In this document: positions 10,540-21,214 of the stretch, piece by piece
Layout of the letters: each line of letters starts with the position of its first letter
Position numbering within the stretch: the first letter of the stretch is position 1
Source: an uncultured delta proteobacterium
GTDB taxonomy: Bacteria; Desulfobacterota; Binatia; UBA9968
Assembly (NCBI GenBank): GCA_963804165.1
Contig: CAWDPO010000025.1
Span: forward strand, 1-64,000
Reading direction: 5' to 3'
DNA: 64,000 bases
The notes under the pieces: generated by a model
The model's input: only the letters and a program-made list of their open reading frames with translations
What the model was told of the DNA's origin: nothing
The model's database searches: none
Made by a program: the position numbers and the translations under genes

Positions 10540-10705
10540 GGCGGCGGGGGTATGTCTCGCTGTGTTAGTCGAAATGAAATCGGCAAATCGATTAAGCTGT
10601 TGTTGTCGCTTTCCGCAAGCCGTTCAGAGCGACCGCTGTTGATCGACAAGTCAAATTTCGTGAAGCCGTGATTTTCAGCATCCATAGTTAGCCAGGCCGA
10701 AGCAT

Positions 10706-11740
10706 TTGAGCTCTTCAAGAGTGACTTTGAGACCACGGACGGATGGGGTGATCCCATGGCTCCTCGACGGCGACCCTGCCATTCGTTGGCAGACCCTACG
10801 TGATTTGGTCGGGGTGGCCGAACGCACCGTCGAGCGAGCGCGGAGAAAGGTCGCGCGCGACGGTTGGGGCGCTCGTCTGCTCGCTAGGCAGGACCCCGGG
10901 GGCACGTGGGCGGGCGGGCTATCGTCGGACGGCGGACTCTACTCGCCGAAGTGGACATCAACGACCTACACAATGCTGGTGCTCCGTGACTTCGGTCTGC
11001 CAGCAACCAACCCGCGGGCGCACAAGGCGTGCAGGCTCCTTCTTGACAGCGGGCTCCAGCGGGACGGCGGTATCAACTACGGTATTTGGGCAAAATGGAC
11101 GCGCCGGAGCGAGACGTGCGTTACGGGGATGATCCTTTCCATACTCTCGTACTTCGAGCATGACGACGACCGTCTCGACACCATTGCCGCCCACTTGCTG
11201 GAGCAGCAGATGCCCGACGGTGGGTGGAATTGCCGGCGTCCGTTTGGCGCAACCCACGCTTCGGTCCATACGACTATCAGCGTGCTCGAAGGTTTGCGGT
11301 TCTACGAAGTACACCGTGGACACAAAGTGCGGGCGGTACAGACTGCGCAGCGCCGCGGTCGTGAGTTCCTCTTGGCGCATCGGCTCTTTCGCTCCCATCG
11401 TACCGGCGAAATCATCAAGCCTGTATTTACTCGCTTTTCTTTCCCGCCACGGTGGCATTACGACATCCTCCGCGCTCTCGACTATTTCCAATCCGTCGAC
11501 GCGCCTTGTGACCAGCGCCTTGCCGAGGCGATCGAGATCGTCCGTAAAGGCCGGCGCGAGGACGGCCGCTGGTCGCTGCAACATTCGTATAAAGGGAAAA
11601 CGTATTTCGAGCTTGAACGGATCGGCGCGCCGAGCCGCTGGAACACTCTCCGCGCGTTGCGGGTACTGAACTGGTGGGGTCGGAGGGAGAGCATGACCCA
11701 AGAAGCACCAAGCACGTTGGCTCTGGCTAACAAGGGCTGA
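10706..11740 (+). CDS. Prenyltransferase/squalene-cyclase-repeat (alpha/alpha toroid) hypothetical protein
   Basis: WLLDGDPAIRWQ, QW-like repeats QDPGGTW, QRDGG, QMPDGGWNC and REDGRW, plus PSRWNTLRALRVL. Confidence 0.75.
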   Translation: MSSSRVTLRPRTDGVIPWLLDGDPAIRWQTLRDLVGVAERTVERARRKVARDGWGARLLARQDPGGTWAGGLSSDGGLYSPKWTSTTYTMLVLRDFGLPATNPRAHKACRLLLDSGLQRDGGINYGIWAKWTRRSETCVTGMILSILSYFEHDDDRLDTIAAHLLEQQMPDGGWNCRRPFGATHASVHTTISVLEGLRFYEVHRGHKVRAVQTAQRRGREFLLAHRLFRSHRTGEIIKPVFTRFSFPPRWHYDILRALDYFQSVDAPCDQRLAEAIEIVRKGRREDGRWSLQHSYKGKTYFELERIGAPSRWNTLRALRVLNWWGRRESMTQEAPSTLALANKG

Positions 11741-11792
11741 AGCTGACGTTTGCCTTCGGCGCCTGCAGCTTATCGCCAAGCCGCCGCCAGCC
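11725..11792 (+). mobile_element. Degenerate integron attC-like recombination site
   Basis: R'' GGCTAAC at 11725-11731; L'' T(G)AAGCTG(A)C pairs with L' GCAGCTTA (11765-11772) leaving two extrahelical bases; complementary core GTTAGCC at 10687-10693 just upstream of the gene. Confidence 0.6.
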
Positions 11793-12281
11793 TGACGAAT
11801 GAGATGACTTCTCTGCAATCGAATTCTGAGGACTCGTGCGCTGTCATCATTTCGACTGTTTTCGTCCACTGACCGGAACGACGACTGATCATATTCCCGC
11901 GAGATCAGTTGTTGAATTACGCTAAACGCCAGATCACATAGACGACCGCGAAAGTCCCACTCGATCCAGTCTGGCATCTCATCTGGAAACGATGCGTATC
12001 CTCCCAAGTGAGTCGAGATCATGTTTGTTTAACTGCAGCCAGCGTCTCTCTCAGGGTCCAACACCCGCCCAGACGAAGATGCGGGGCTGGGGCTTTACTT
12101 ACATTGTTAGGAAGTACCGCAAGTTGCTCCGAGGTGAAATTCGTGTCGTAGCGAGTCCGGAAAGGGTTCGACATTTCGCTTCACATTTGCCGGCGGATCA
12201 ATGATACTGGGGGAGCACCGGCGGATTTGACCCATCATCGCCGGCCGGATCTTCTGGCAATCATAGAACACGAGAAACTGC

Positions 12282-14903
12282 ATGATCGTCACGCATGACG
12301 TATCTATTTCTGGTTTTCTCCGCCGCCTCTGGTCTGTGGTGCCACTGGGCCGAGCCTTGCCGGACGAGGTCTGGTACGCGAGGCACCGGTTTCTGACCGG
12401 ACTCACCTGGTTTCACGCCGTCCTGATCGCCCTCATCGGGCCCTTCGTAGGCAACAGTTGGGAGCTAAGCATCGCGGCGCTCTTTCGCGACGGCATGGTG
12501 CTGCACACTTTTCTGGAAAGCTCGATGGTCGCCGGATTCGCGCTCCTGGGCTCGATCGGCTGGGGCAGCCGCACGTTTCGCGCTTCCATCGTGAGCCTTG
12601 GGTTGATCAGCGCGTCGGCGATTCTCGTTCACCTTTCCGGCGGTTATATCGAGGTCCATTTCCATTTTTTCGTCATGCTGGTTTTTCTCGCGCTCTATCA
12701 GGATTGGGCGCCTTACCTGCTCGCCGTCGCCTTTGTCGGTGTTCATCACGGCATTGTCGGCACGCTCTGGCCTGAAGAGGTCTACAATCACCCTGCCGCT
12801 TTGAACGCGCCCTGGACTTGGGGCGGTATTCACGCATTTTTTATTCTGTTTCAGGGCGTCGGCAGTATCATCGCGTGGCGCTTCAACGAGAAAGCCACAG
12901 CGCAAAATGAGCTCATCCTGAATTCCGTCGGAGAGGGTATTTTCGAATTGAATCGAGAAGGGCGCGTGATTTTCGCCAATCCCGTCGCGGCAGCGACCGT
13001 GCGCCTCGACGTCGACCAACTCGCCGGCAAGCCACTACACGAAGTCCTTAGCCCTGGCAGAGAGAACGAAACGCAGTCCCCTACAAGTGTTCATCCTATT
13101 CTTGCCGCTCTCCAAGAAGACTCACCTCGTAAGGAAGGGCGCGAAGTTTTCGCGCGCAGCGATGGCACTACCTTTCCCGCGGAGTACGTGAGCAGCTCGA
13201 TCATCGAGCGCGGCCAGTTGACGGGCGCCGTAGTGAGCTTCAGAGATGTCACCGAACGGGAACGCGCCGCCGAAGCGCTACGCCGGAGTGAGAAGCAGTA
13301 TCACGACTTGATCCAGTCGATTGACGGCATCGTCTGGGAGGCTGACGCCGAAACGTTTCGTTTCACCTTCGTGAGCGATGACGCCGAGCGCATTTTGGGA
13401 TTTCCCGCGCAGACCTGGATCGAAGAGTCTCGTTTCTGGTCCGATCACATTCATCCCGAGGACCGCGAATGGGCGATTCGCCTGTGCACTAAAGCGACCG
13501 AACAAAAACAGCCGCACCGCTTCGAGTATCGAATGACCGCCGCCGACGGGCGCGTCGTATGGCTCGGAGATATCGTCTCCGTGGTGGTCGAAAATGGCAA
13601 GGCGGTCAAACTGCGGGGTGTCATGATCGATATCACCCAGCGGCGCGAAGCTGAGGAACGGGCGCGGCGCAATCACGATCGTATCCGCACTCTCCATGAA
13701 ATCACCGCCGCCGCCAGCTCGAGCCTGGAGCTCGAAGTTGTGCTCGGAGCCTTGATGCAAAAAATCGTCGCTCTTCTGCCCTATGCGGCCGTGCAGATCT
13801 GGCTCAAGAACATCGAGAGCGGCAAACTGGAGCGGACGACATGCTTGAACATCGATCGAGATGAATGGCTGCGCCGGGAGCTAAAGCAGCTTCCTCTGCT
13901 CGTCAGAATCGCGGTGGAAAGCAAAATTTTCGTCGTATCCGACAACGTGCAAACGGATCCCAGAATTCTCGACCGTGAGTTTTACCGCAAGCAAGGCGTG
14001 GTCGGCTATCTCGGCATCCCCTTCGTGGTCAAAGAGGAGGTCTTAGGAGTGCTGGTGCTGCTGACGCGTGAAGCGCACGAATTCGCTTCCGAAGAGATAG
14101 AATTTTTAACGGCCATGGCCGCTCAGGTGGCGATGGCGATCCACAAGTCGCAGCTTTATGCGCAAATTAAATCCCAGGCGGACGAACTGGAAAAGGCCAA
14201 CAAGGAGATTTGCGATTTCACGGCGATGATCGCTCACGACCTGCGCTCACCCCTGAACAACGTGATGGGCGTCAGCGAATTGATGACCGACAGCGCTTTC
14301 GGCCCGGTGACGGACGAGCAAAAGAAATGGCTCGGCAAGGTCGTCGAAACCGTGCGCGAGCTGGTGACCTTGGTCAACGATTTTCTCGACGTGTCGAAGC
14401 TCGAAGCGGGAAATATCGATCTTCACTTGGAGCCGCTCGACGTCGCCCAGCTCGTCGACGCCGTGCTCGAAAATTATCAGTTCGTCGCCAAAGACCGTGA
14501 GATCTTGCTGCGCAAGAAAATCGGCATCCCGGCGCAACCGGTACGCGGGGATCGTCGCCGCCTCGAACAAGTCCTCGGTAATCTGGTGGCAAATGCGTTG
14601 AAATTCACAGCCGCCGACGGCGAGGTGGAGTTGGGCGCGGAGTGGAACCGCTCTGACGTGACCCTCTGGGTAAAAGACACAGGGGTCGGGATCGCGCCCG
14701 AGGAGCTGGGCAAACTCTTCGAGAAATATAAACAAACCGCCAGTGGTAAGCTTTCGGAACACAAGGGCACGGGTTTAGGTCTAGCGATTTGTAAAATGAT
14801 CGTGCAAGCGCACGGCGGTCGGATTTGGGTGGAAAGCCGTCCGGACGAGGGAGCGAAGTTTTTATTCACCCTGCCGGCAGATGCTACTTCTTATTTAAAT
14901 TAA
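12282..14903 (+). CDS. Membrane sensor histidine kinase (TM domain-PAS-PAS-GAF-HisKA-HATPase)
   Basis: H-box IAHDLRSPL, N-box NLVANALKF, DTGVG, GTGLGL; PAS motifs IHPEDR and RSDGTTFP; GAF domain. Confidence 0.92.
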   Translation: MIVTHDVSISGFLRRLWSVVPLGRALPDEVWYARHRFLTGLTWFHAVLIALIGPFVGNSWELSIAALFRDGMVLHTFLESSMVAGFALLGSIGWGSRTFRASIVSLGLISASAILVHLSGGYIEVHFHFFVMLVFLALYQDWAPYLLAVAFVGVHHGIVGTLWPEEVYNHPAALNAPWTWGGIHAFFILFQGVGSIIAWRFNEKATAQNELILNSVGEGIFELNREGRVIFANPVAAATVRLDVDQLAGKPLHEVLSPGRENETQSPTSVHPILAALQEDSPRKEGREVFARSDGTTFPAEYVSSSIIERGQLTGAVVSFRDVTERERAAEALRRSEKQYHDLIQSIDGIVWEADAETFRFTFVSDDAERILGFPAQTWIEESRFWSDHIHPEDREWAIRLCTKATEQKQPHRFEYRMTAADGRVVWLGDIVSVVVENGKAVKLRGVMIDITQRREAEERARRNHDRIRTLHEITAAASSSLELEVVLGALMQKIVALLPYAAVQIWLKNIESGKLERTTCLNIDRDEWLRRELKQLPLLVRIAVESKIFVVSDNVQTDPRILDREFYRKQGVVGYLGIPFVVKEEVLGVLVLLTREAHEFASEEIEFLTAMAAQVAMAIHKSQLYAQIKSQADELEKANKEICDFTAMIAHDLRSPLNNVMGVSELMTDSAFGPVTDEQKKWLGKVVETVRELVTLVNDFLDVSKLEAGNIDLHLEPLDVAQLVDAVLENYQFVAKDREILLRKKIGIPAQPVRGDRRRLEQVLGNLVANALKFTAADGEVELGAEWNRSDVTLWVKDTGVGIAPEELGKLFEKYKQTASGKLSEHKGTGLGLAICKMIVQAHGGRIWVESRPDEGAKFLFTLPADATSYLN

Positions 14904-15184
14904 CTCATCTTCAAAATTTTCTCATCAAAAATCCGCGCCTGATTGAGAATATTGTCGCACCGCGAATTTCAGGGTGCGGTTCCTGACTTGCCTGAGTCTA
15001 GTCTCATTTTTCGACAAACCATGTTGTCTTCATTCCGAATCGCTAAATTCATGCTTATGGCCGCTCCGATAAGGGGGCAATAAGGGGCAAATTGAGGCCA
15101 GTGTCGGGGTTCTGCTAATTGGGGAAAAACATGTGGATCACTTTCGTGGGATTTGATACCCTCAAGGCTTAGGAGGGTCATTTT

Positions 15185-16090
15185 ATGCCTGTACGGTCCA
15201 TCGGTTCCGGTGCTATTTCCTTCGGTCTCGTTTCAATCCCGGTAAATCTCTATGTGGCGGCGTCTTCTGAGTCGCCAAGTTTTAACCTGTTGCACGCCAA
15301 GTGCGGCAGCCGGATCAAGCAGCAGCGGGTTTGTCCGGTGTGTAAAGAGGTAGTCGAGCGTCAAGACCTAGTAAAGGGGTATGAACTCGAGAAGAACCAG
15401 TACGTGAAACTGACCGATGATGAGCTCAAGGCGCTCGAAGGCGAAGCCTCGGAGGCGATCGAGATCTTCGAATTCGTGCCTCTTGCGAAAGTAGATCCGA
15501 TTTATTTCGAAAAGAGCTACTACCTCGGCCCCGACAAGGGGGGTGAAAAAGCTTACCGCCTACTTGCAGATTCGATGGTCGAGGCGGGTAAAGTAGCGCT
15601 CGCCAAATTTGTCCTAAGAGGCAGGGAGAATCTCGTCATCATCCGTCCGGCGCAAAAAGGTCTGGTAATGCACACCATGTATTTTTTCAACGAGGTGCGC
15701 AATTTCGACGAGATTGGCAAGGGGGAATCCGCCAAAATCACCAGTCCTGAGACGAAGCTGGCGACTCGTCTTATCGAGGAGCTATCGAATGACGCCTTCG
15801 AGCCGGAAAAATATGAAGACGAGTACGCCCAACGCGTGTTGGACCTGGTGAAGAAGAAGGCTGAGGGCGAAGAGATCACCTTATCTCAAACGCCGCCGCA
15901 GCGGGGCAACGTAATCGACCTGATGGAAGCTTTGAAAAAGAGTCTTGGTACTGTACCGAAGCAAAAGAAACCCGCGATCCAGGCTAGATCAAGCGAGCCT
16001 GAAAAGGGCCGCAAAAAGGCCCAGTCCTCTATAAGAAATGAAACTTTTCTCCACCAACGAAGTAGCGAATATTCTCAATCTACCGAATAG
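15185..16090 (+). CDS. ku: Non-homologous end joining protein Ku
   Basis: GAISFGLVSIPV, RIKQQRVC, VKGYE, FVP...DPIYFEKSYYL, NVIDLMEALKKS, basic C-terminal tail. Confidence 0.95.
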   Translation: MPVRSIGSGAISFGLVSIPVNLYVAASSESPSFNLLHAKCGSRIKQQRVCPVCKEVVERQDLVKGYELEKNQYVKLTDDELKALEGEASEAIEIFEFVPLAKVDPIYFEKSYYLGPDKGGEKAYRLLADSMVEAGKVALAKFVLRGRENLVIIRPAQKGLVMHTMYFFNEVRNFDEIGKGESAKITSPETKLATRLIEELSNDAFEPEKYEDEYAQRVLDLVKKKAEGEEITLSQTPPQRGNVIDLMEALKKSLGTVPKQKKPAIQARSSEPEKGRKKAQSSIRNETFLHQRSSEYSQSTE

Positions 16091-16856
16091 CCGCGTTCGT
16101 TCGTTCGTGCGAGCCGGTTTTATTGCACCCGGGCGAAACAATAGAAAAACGTTACAGTTCAATTTTCGCGACCTGCTCTTTTTGAAAACCGCCAAGAGCC
16201 TTCTTGAATCCCAAAGTCCCGGTAAAAAAAGTTATGCGAATGCTGACTTCCTTAAAAAGAAGCCTTCCGGATGAAGAAGCAGATTACCAGGCTAAAGATT
16301 TATGCCGACGGCCGGCGCATTGTGGTATGGGACGGCAAAGCTCGGTATCAGCCCGATACCGGCCAGTTTCTTATTCGATTTCGATCCTCATACTGTTCTA
16401 CAGACCGTAAAACTCCCTTCTCGAAAAGCCGCCAAAAAAGATCGCGTCGCTAGAGACTGGTTTACCCAGGGCCGCGAGCTGGAAGAAGTATCTCCTGGGG
16501 ATTCCATGGCCGCTTACAAAAAAGCGCTGGAGATTGACCCGACCAATAGCGAGGCCCACATCAATTTGGGTAGGCTTTGCCACAATGCGGGGATGCTGAA
16601 AGAAAGCGAGGACCATTACCGAGCGGCGATCGACATCAATCCCGACGACGCAACTCCACATTTTAATTTGGGTGTTCTTATGGAGGACTTGAAATGCCCG
16701 GCTGAAGCTGCTCGCTCGTATGAGGCGGCGATCGACCGAGACCCCGTCTTTGCAGACGCGCACTATAATCTTGGACTCATTTTCGATGCCCTAGGCAGGA
16801 AAAAAGAAGCTTTCAGCCATCTCCGTATTGCCCGCAATCTTTATTTGGGAAAATAG
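16038..16856 (+). CDS. MerR-type HTH + tetratricopeptide repeat protein (about 270 aa after correcting three frameshifts)
   Basis: N-terminal FSTNEVANILNLPNSRVRSFVRAG...FNFRDLLFLK; middle ADGRRIVVWDG...QPDTGQFLFDF; TPRs AHINLG, PHFNLG, AHYNLG. Confidence 0.8.
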
Positions 16857-16924
16857 GTTCGATGCAGAGCGTGCCTTTTACGGGAGAAAAAACCCGCCGA
16901 TTGTCCTTTTCGCATCGCTGATTC

Positions 16925-19532
16925 ATGGCCCTAGAACTCTATCGCAAAAAACGCAATTTCGAGACGACTCCGGAACCAAAAGGGAAGCTCGCCAAATCAA
17001 AGCGCCAGGCGCTTGCGTTCGTAATTCAAAAACACGCCGCCACTCGTTTACACTACGACTTCAGATTGGAGCTCAACGGTGTCTTGTTGAGCTGGGCCGT
17101 GCCGAAAGGGCCAAGTCTCGACCCCAACGACAAGCGTCTGGCGATGCACGTCGAAGATCATCCCATCGAGTACGGTGAGTTCGAAGGAATTATTCCGCCA
17201 AAACAATACGGCGCGGGAACCGTGCTGCTTTGGGACCGGGGGACGTGGCTGCCGAAAGAAGATCCGGTTGCGGGATACAAAAAAGGTAAACTCAAGTTCG
17301 ATCTCCACGGTGAAAAACTTCACGGTGGCTGGACTCTGGTAAAGAGTCACGGCGGCAAATACGGCGGTGACAAGGCATGGCTATTGTTTAAAGAAGACGA
17401 CGAGTACGCCCGTACGGGGCCGGAGGCGCGGGTGGTCGATGATCTTCCCAACAGTGTCGCTACTCATCGCAGCCTTAAACAGATTGCCGCCGATCCCAGC
17501 ACGGGTTTGGCATTCGAACAAGTCGGTCGCGGAAAACCTCGAGCATGGCCCCAGGAGGAAATCTAGCGTCCGCATCGACTTGGCGAAAATAAGGGGAGCG
17601 CGCAAAACGGCATTGCCGGATTTTATCAACGCGCAGCTCGCTACTGTAACTAAAAATATTCCGACGGAAGATCGCTGGGTCCATGAAGTCAAATACGACG
17701 GCTATCGAATGCTTAGCCGCATCGATGCCGGAGCAGTTCAACTTTATTCACGTAATCGTAAAGAATGGACTCAGGAATTTCCCCGCGTAGCAAAGGCACT
17801 GGCAGATTTGCCCCTAGAGAACGCTTGGATCGACGGCGAAATTGTCAGTTTGGACGCCAAAGGACGTACCAGCTTCCAAGCCTTGCAGAATGCGCTGTCC
17901 ACGAACACCAGTGAGGTAATTTATTACGTCTTCGACCTGCCGTACTTGAATGGCTATGATTTACGCGGCGTCGTTTTGGAGCAACGAAAAGCCCTGCTCA
18001 AACGCCTCATCCCAGAGCCGGGTATCATTCGCTATAGCGACCATTTTAATGTGCCGGGTACGAAGTTTATCGCTGAGGTTTGCAGTCTCGGGCTCGAGGG
18101 AATGATTTCGAAACTTCGGAACTCGACGTACGAGGGCTCGCGCGGAAATGCCTGGCTCAAAATAAAATGCGGACGACACCAGGAATTCGTCATTGGTGGG
18201 TTCACCGACCCCGAGGGTTCGCGGCACGGCTTCGGTGCGCTTTTATTAGGGGTCTATGATGCCGAGGGGCGGCTGCGTTATTCAGGTAAAGTCGGTACGG
18301 GATTCAATCAATCGCTTCTTGCGAAGATGCGCAAGACTCTCGATGGACTCGTTCAGGACAAATCACCGTTCGTAAATCCACCCCAAGGGGCAGAGGGGCG
18401 GCGCGCGCATTGGGTCAAGCCGGAACTTGTCGCTCAAATAGCCTTTACTGAATGGACTCAAGATGACATCTTGCGCAATTCTTCATTCCAGGGATTGCGA
18501 AATGACAAGCGTGCGCGGGACGTCGTGCGGGAGGAATCAGGCGGTACTCCCAAGCTTGCGCCAATAGGATCTGAGATAGACCTATCTCGGCGAAAAGGAA
18601 TCAATACTGCTGCAGAGAAAGCCGATAAGGGTACAGTGGCTGGAATCAAACTGACCAATAGCGACAAAATACTTTATCCAGAGGCTGGAATTACCAAACG
18701 CGATCTCGCGTTATACTATGAAGCGATCGGCGAATGGATCATTCCGCATTTGCGCAATCGCCCCCTTACTCTACTGAGATGCCCCAATGGGTGGGATAAG
18801 GAGTGTTTCTATCAGAAACATGCCGATCATAGCGTGGCCGACGTTATTGAGCGAGTCACAGTTCGCGATAGCGACGGGCCAGCTTTGTATATGATGGCTA
18901 ACTCCGTAAGCGCGCTAGTAGCGATAGCGCAAATGGGCGCTTTGGAGCTGCATCCGTGGGGCTCGCGCACGCCGAAACTCGGCCTTCCCGATCGCATCGT
19001 ATTCGATTTCGATCCCGACGAAGCGCTCCAATGGAAACAGATTACCGAAGCAGTGAATTTATTAAAAACCCTGCTCGACAGCCTCGGCCTGCGCGGATTT
19101 CTGAAGACGACCGGCGGCAAAGGCTTGCATGTCGTCATACCCATCGAAGCCACGCTGCCATGGCAGCATATTAAAGGCTTCAGCCAAGCCATCGCAGAGC
19201 TGTTCGTGAAAACGTTTCCGGATCGTTTTACGGCTAAGATTCTCAAAGTATCGCGCAAGGGAAGAATTTTTGTCGACTATTTACGCAACGGCGAAGGCTC
19301 GACGGCCGTGGCGCCTTATTCGGTACGCGCTAAAGCCAACGCGCCGGTTTCAACGCCGATTGACTGGGGCGAGATCACACGAGACGTGCGCTTCGATCAT
19401 TTCAACGTCAAGAACGTACCCGCGCGGTTAAAGCGGCTCAAGCGCGAGCCATGGGCGGAGTTCATGAAAATCCGACAAACGATCACCAAGACAATGATGG
19501 AAACGGTTGGCTATCAGGCAGGCAAAATCTAG
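16925..19532 (+). CDS. ligD: DNA ligase D (phosphoesterase-ligase-polymerase), frameshift near 17500
   Basis: PE: YRKKRNF..TPEP, FVIQKHAATRLHYDFRLE, SWAVPKGPS; LIG: EVKYDGYR, WLKIKC; POL: DFDPDE, KTTGGKGLH, DYLRN. Confidence 0.95.
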
Positions 19533-19603
19533 ACTCGTTCTTTGGAAGGAAATACAGTGGCGCAACTCAGAGTTTGTTGGATCTTTACTGACTCGGCTTC
19601 CTG

Positions 19604-19951
19604 TTGTTTCAACTGATCGAATTCTATCAAATTGTTTGTCAGATCTGGGAAGAAACATTGAAAATATGTCCCATCGGCATCGATGACAACTTCTTTGATC
19701 TAGGCGGTCATTCTCTAACAGCGTCCCGAGTTATCTCACGAGTCATTCTAACGTTCCAGCTGGAGTTACCGATAAAGTTGGTCTTCGACACGCCGACTGT
19801 GGCGGCGATGGGGTTGGTGATCGCCGCTCATCAGGCCGAGCAGGCGACTCATGACCAGTTGGAACGGATGTTGACCGAAGTAGAGACGATCTCCGATGAG
19901 GATGCGCAACGGCGCGTGGATGAAATTAATTCGAAACTCGCCCGCAAGTAG
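19604..19951 (+). pseudogene. Peptidyl carrier protein (PP-binding) domain, probable 3' remnant of an NRPS-like gene
   Basis: IGIDDNFFDLGGHSL motif with the phosphopantetheine Ser; no clear ATG/RBS and no A or C domain upstream. Confidence 0.65.
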
Positions 19952-20200
19952 CCAGGCCATTGCCCGCCTTTTGTGCGTGTGTACGATTTTGCGGCAATTC
20001 CGGTTCCAGAATTCATCTCGCATCGTACTGGGTCACGACACGAGTTTGTAGCGAGGCCCTCTTTTCGTTCACATAGTGCGAATAGCTTTGAGATCCTGCC
20101 AGAAAACGTTTCGGTCTTTTCTCATCGATTTTTAACATACTCGGGTATAGAATAACGTCCACAACAGGAGCTTATTCTTGCTGAACACGGAGGTACCGAA

Positions 20201-21214
20201 ATGAGCGAGAGGAAAATCCGAGTCGGCATTATGGGCCTAGGGCAGATTGGCCGGCAGCTTTACCACCTCGCGCTGGAAAAAGACGACATCGAGATCGTCG
20301 CCGTTGCCGACATCGGCAAACCGGAAATCATCGAGTATCTGCTCCAAAGTGACGGCATGGAGGAGCCGTCGTGCAAGCTTCAAGACAATTACCTGACTAA
20401 TAAAAAATTCCGCACGCGAATGCTCCAGCTTGCGCGGCCTGAGGAGGTTCCGTGGGATATTATGAACGTTGATTGCGTGGTCGATGCGACCGGGCGATAT
20501 CGTCGCCGGCGCGATATGGAGGCGCATCTGCGCGCCGGCGCTAAGCGAGTTATCCTGGCATCGCTTCCGTCAGAACCGGTCGATCGGATCATCATACCCG
20601 GTATCAATGAAGGCCACGCTACCCGCGCCGACAAAATGATTTCGGCCGGTTCGGCGACGACTAATGCGTTTGCGCTCTTGTTGCAGTCTCTGGATCAGAG
20701 TCTGGGAGTCGACTGTGCGTCGCTGACGACGGTCCATGCCTACTCCAGCGATCAATCGCTGCAGGATTACGCTCACGAAGACTTTCGCCGCAGCCGCTCG
20801 GCAGCGGAAAATATCATTCCCAACAATAATGAGTCGGCGCAGTGGGTGGAAATGGTTCTGCCGAAGTTCTCCGGGAAGTTGAGCGGTTACGCGCTCAACG
20901 TGCCGGTCCAACGGGGATCGTTGCTGGACGTGAATTGCGTGATGCGCGACGGCACCGTTACGGTCGATCAAGTAAACGACGCCGTGCGCGCCGCTGCTGC
21001 TCAGCAGCCGGACTTGATCGGTATCACCGATGATCCGATTGTTTCATCCGACGTCATCGGTTGCCGGCAATCCTTGCTCTTCGATGCGTGCGCGACCATC
21101 AAAGCAGGAAAGAAAATCGTCAAAGTGCTGGCCTGGTACGAGAGCCTGGGGCATGCATGCCGCGTGCTCGACGTGGTCCGGCAATACAGCAAGCTTGACG
21201 GAGGTGTATCATGA
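20201..21214 (+). CDS. Divergent GAPDH homolog lacking the catalytic cysteine (candidate pseudoenzyme)
   Basis: GLGQIGR Rossmann motif, DATG, SAGSATTNAF in place of SNASCTTNCL, TTVHAY, DFRRSRSAAENIIP, PIVSSD; GGAGG RBS. Confidence 0.85.
   Translation: MSERKIRVGIMGLGQIGRQLYHLALEKDDIEIVAVADIGKPEIIEYLLQSDGMEEPSCKLQDNYLTNKKFRTRMLQLARPEEVPWDIMNVDCVVDATGRYRRRRDMEAHLRAGAKRVILASLPSEPVDRIIIPGINEGHATRADKMISAGSATTNAFALLLQSLDQSLGVDCASLTTVHAYSSDQSLQDYAHEDFRRSRSAAENIIPNNNESAQWVEMVLPKFSGKLSGYALNVPVQRGSLLDVNCVMRDGTVTVDQVNDAVRAAAAQQPDLIGITDDPIVSSDVIGCRQSLLFDACATIKAGKKIVKVLAWYESLGHACRVLDVVRQYSKLDGGVS

Noticed and set aside
10958-12022. 354-aa minus-strand ORF
   Set aside because: Mostly antisense to the 10706-11740 gene. 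Only the first ~45 codons look protein-like and may be a remnant, which is not enough to call.
12091-12114. CTTACATTGTTAGG as a second integron core or attI site; also an attC-like stretch at 48610-48662
   Set aside because: No matching inverse core or paired L boxes found, so too weak to report
20201-21214. Erythrose-4-phosphate dehydrogenase (epd) as the explanation for the second GAPDH-like gene
   Set aside because: Epd retains the SCTTN catalytic Cys and this protein does not
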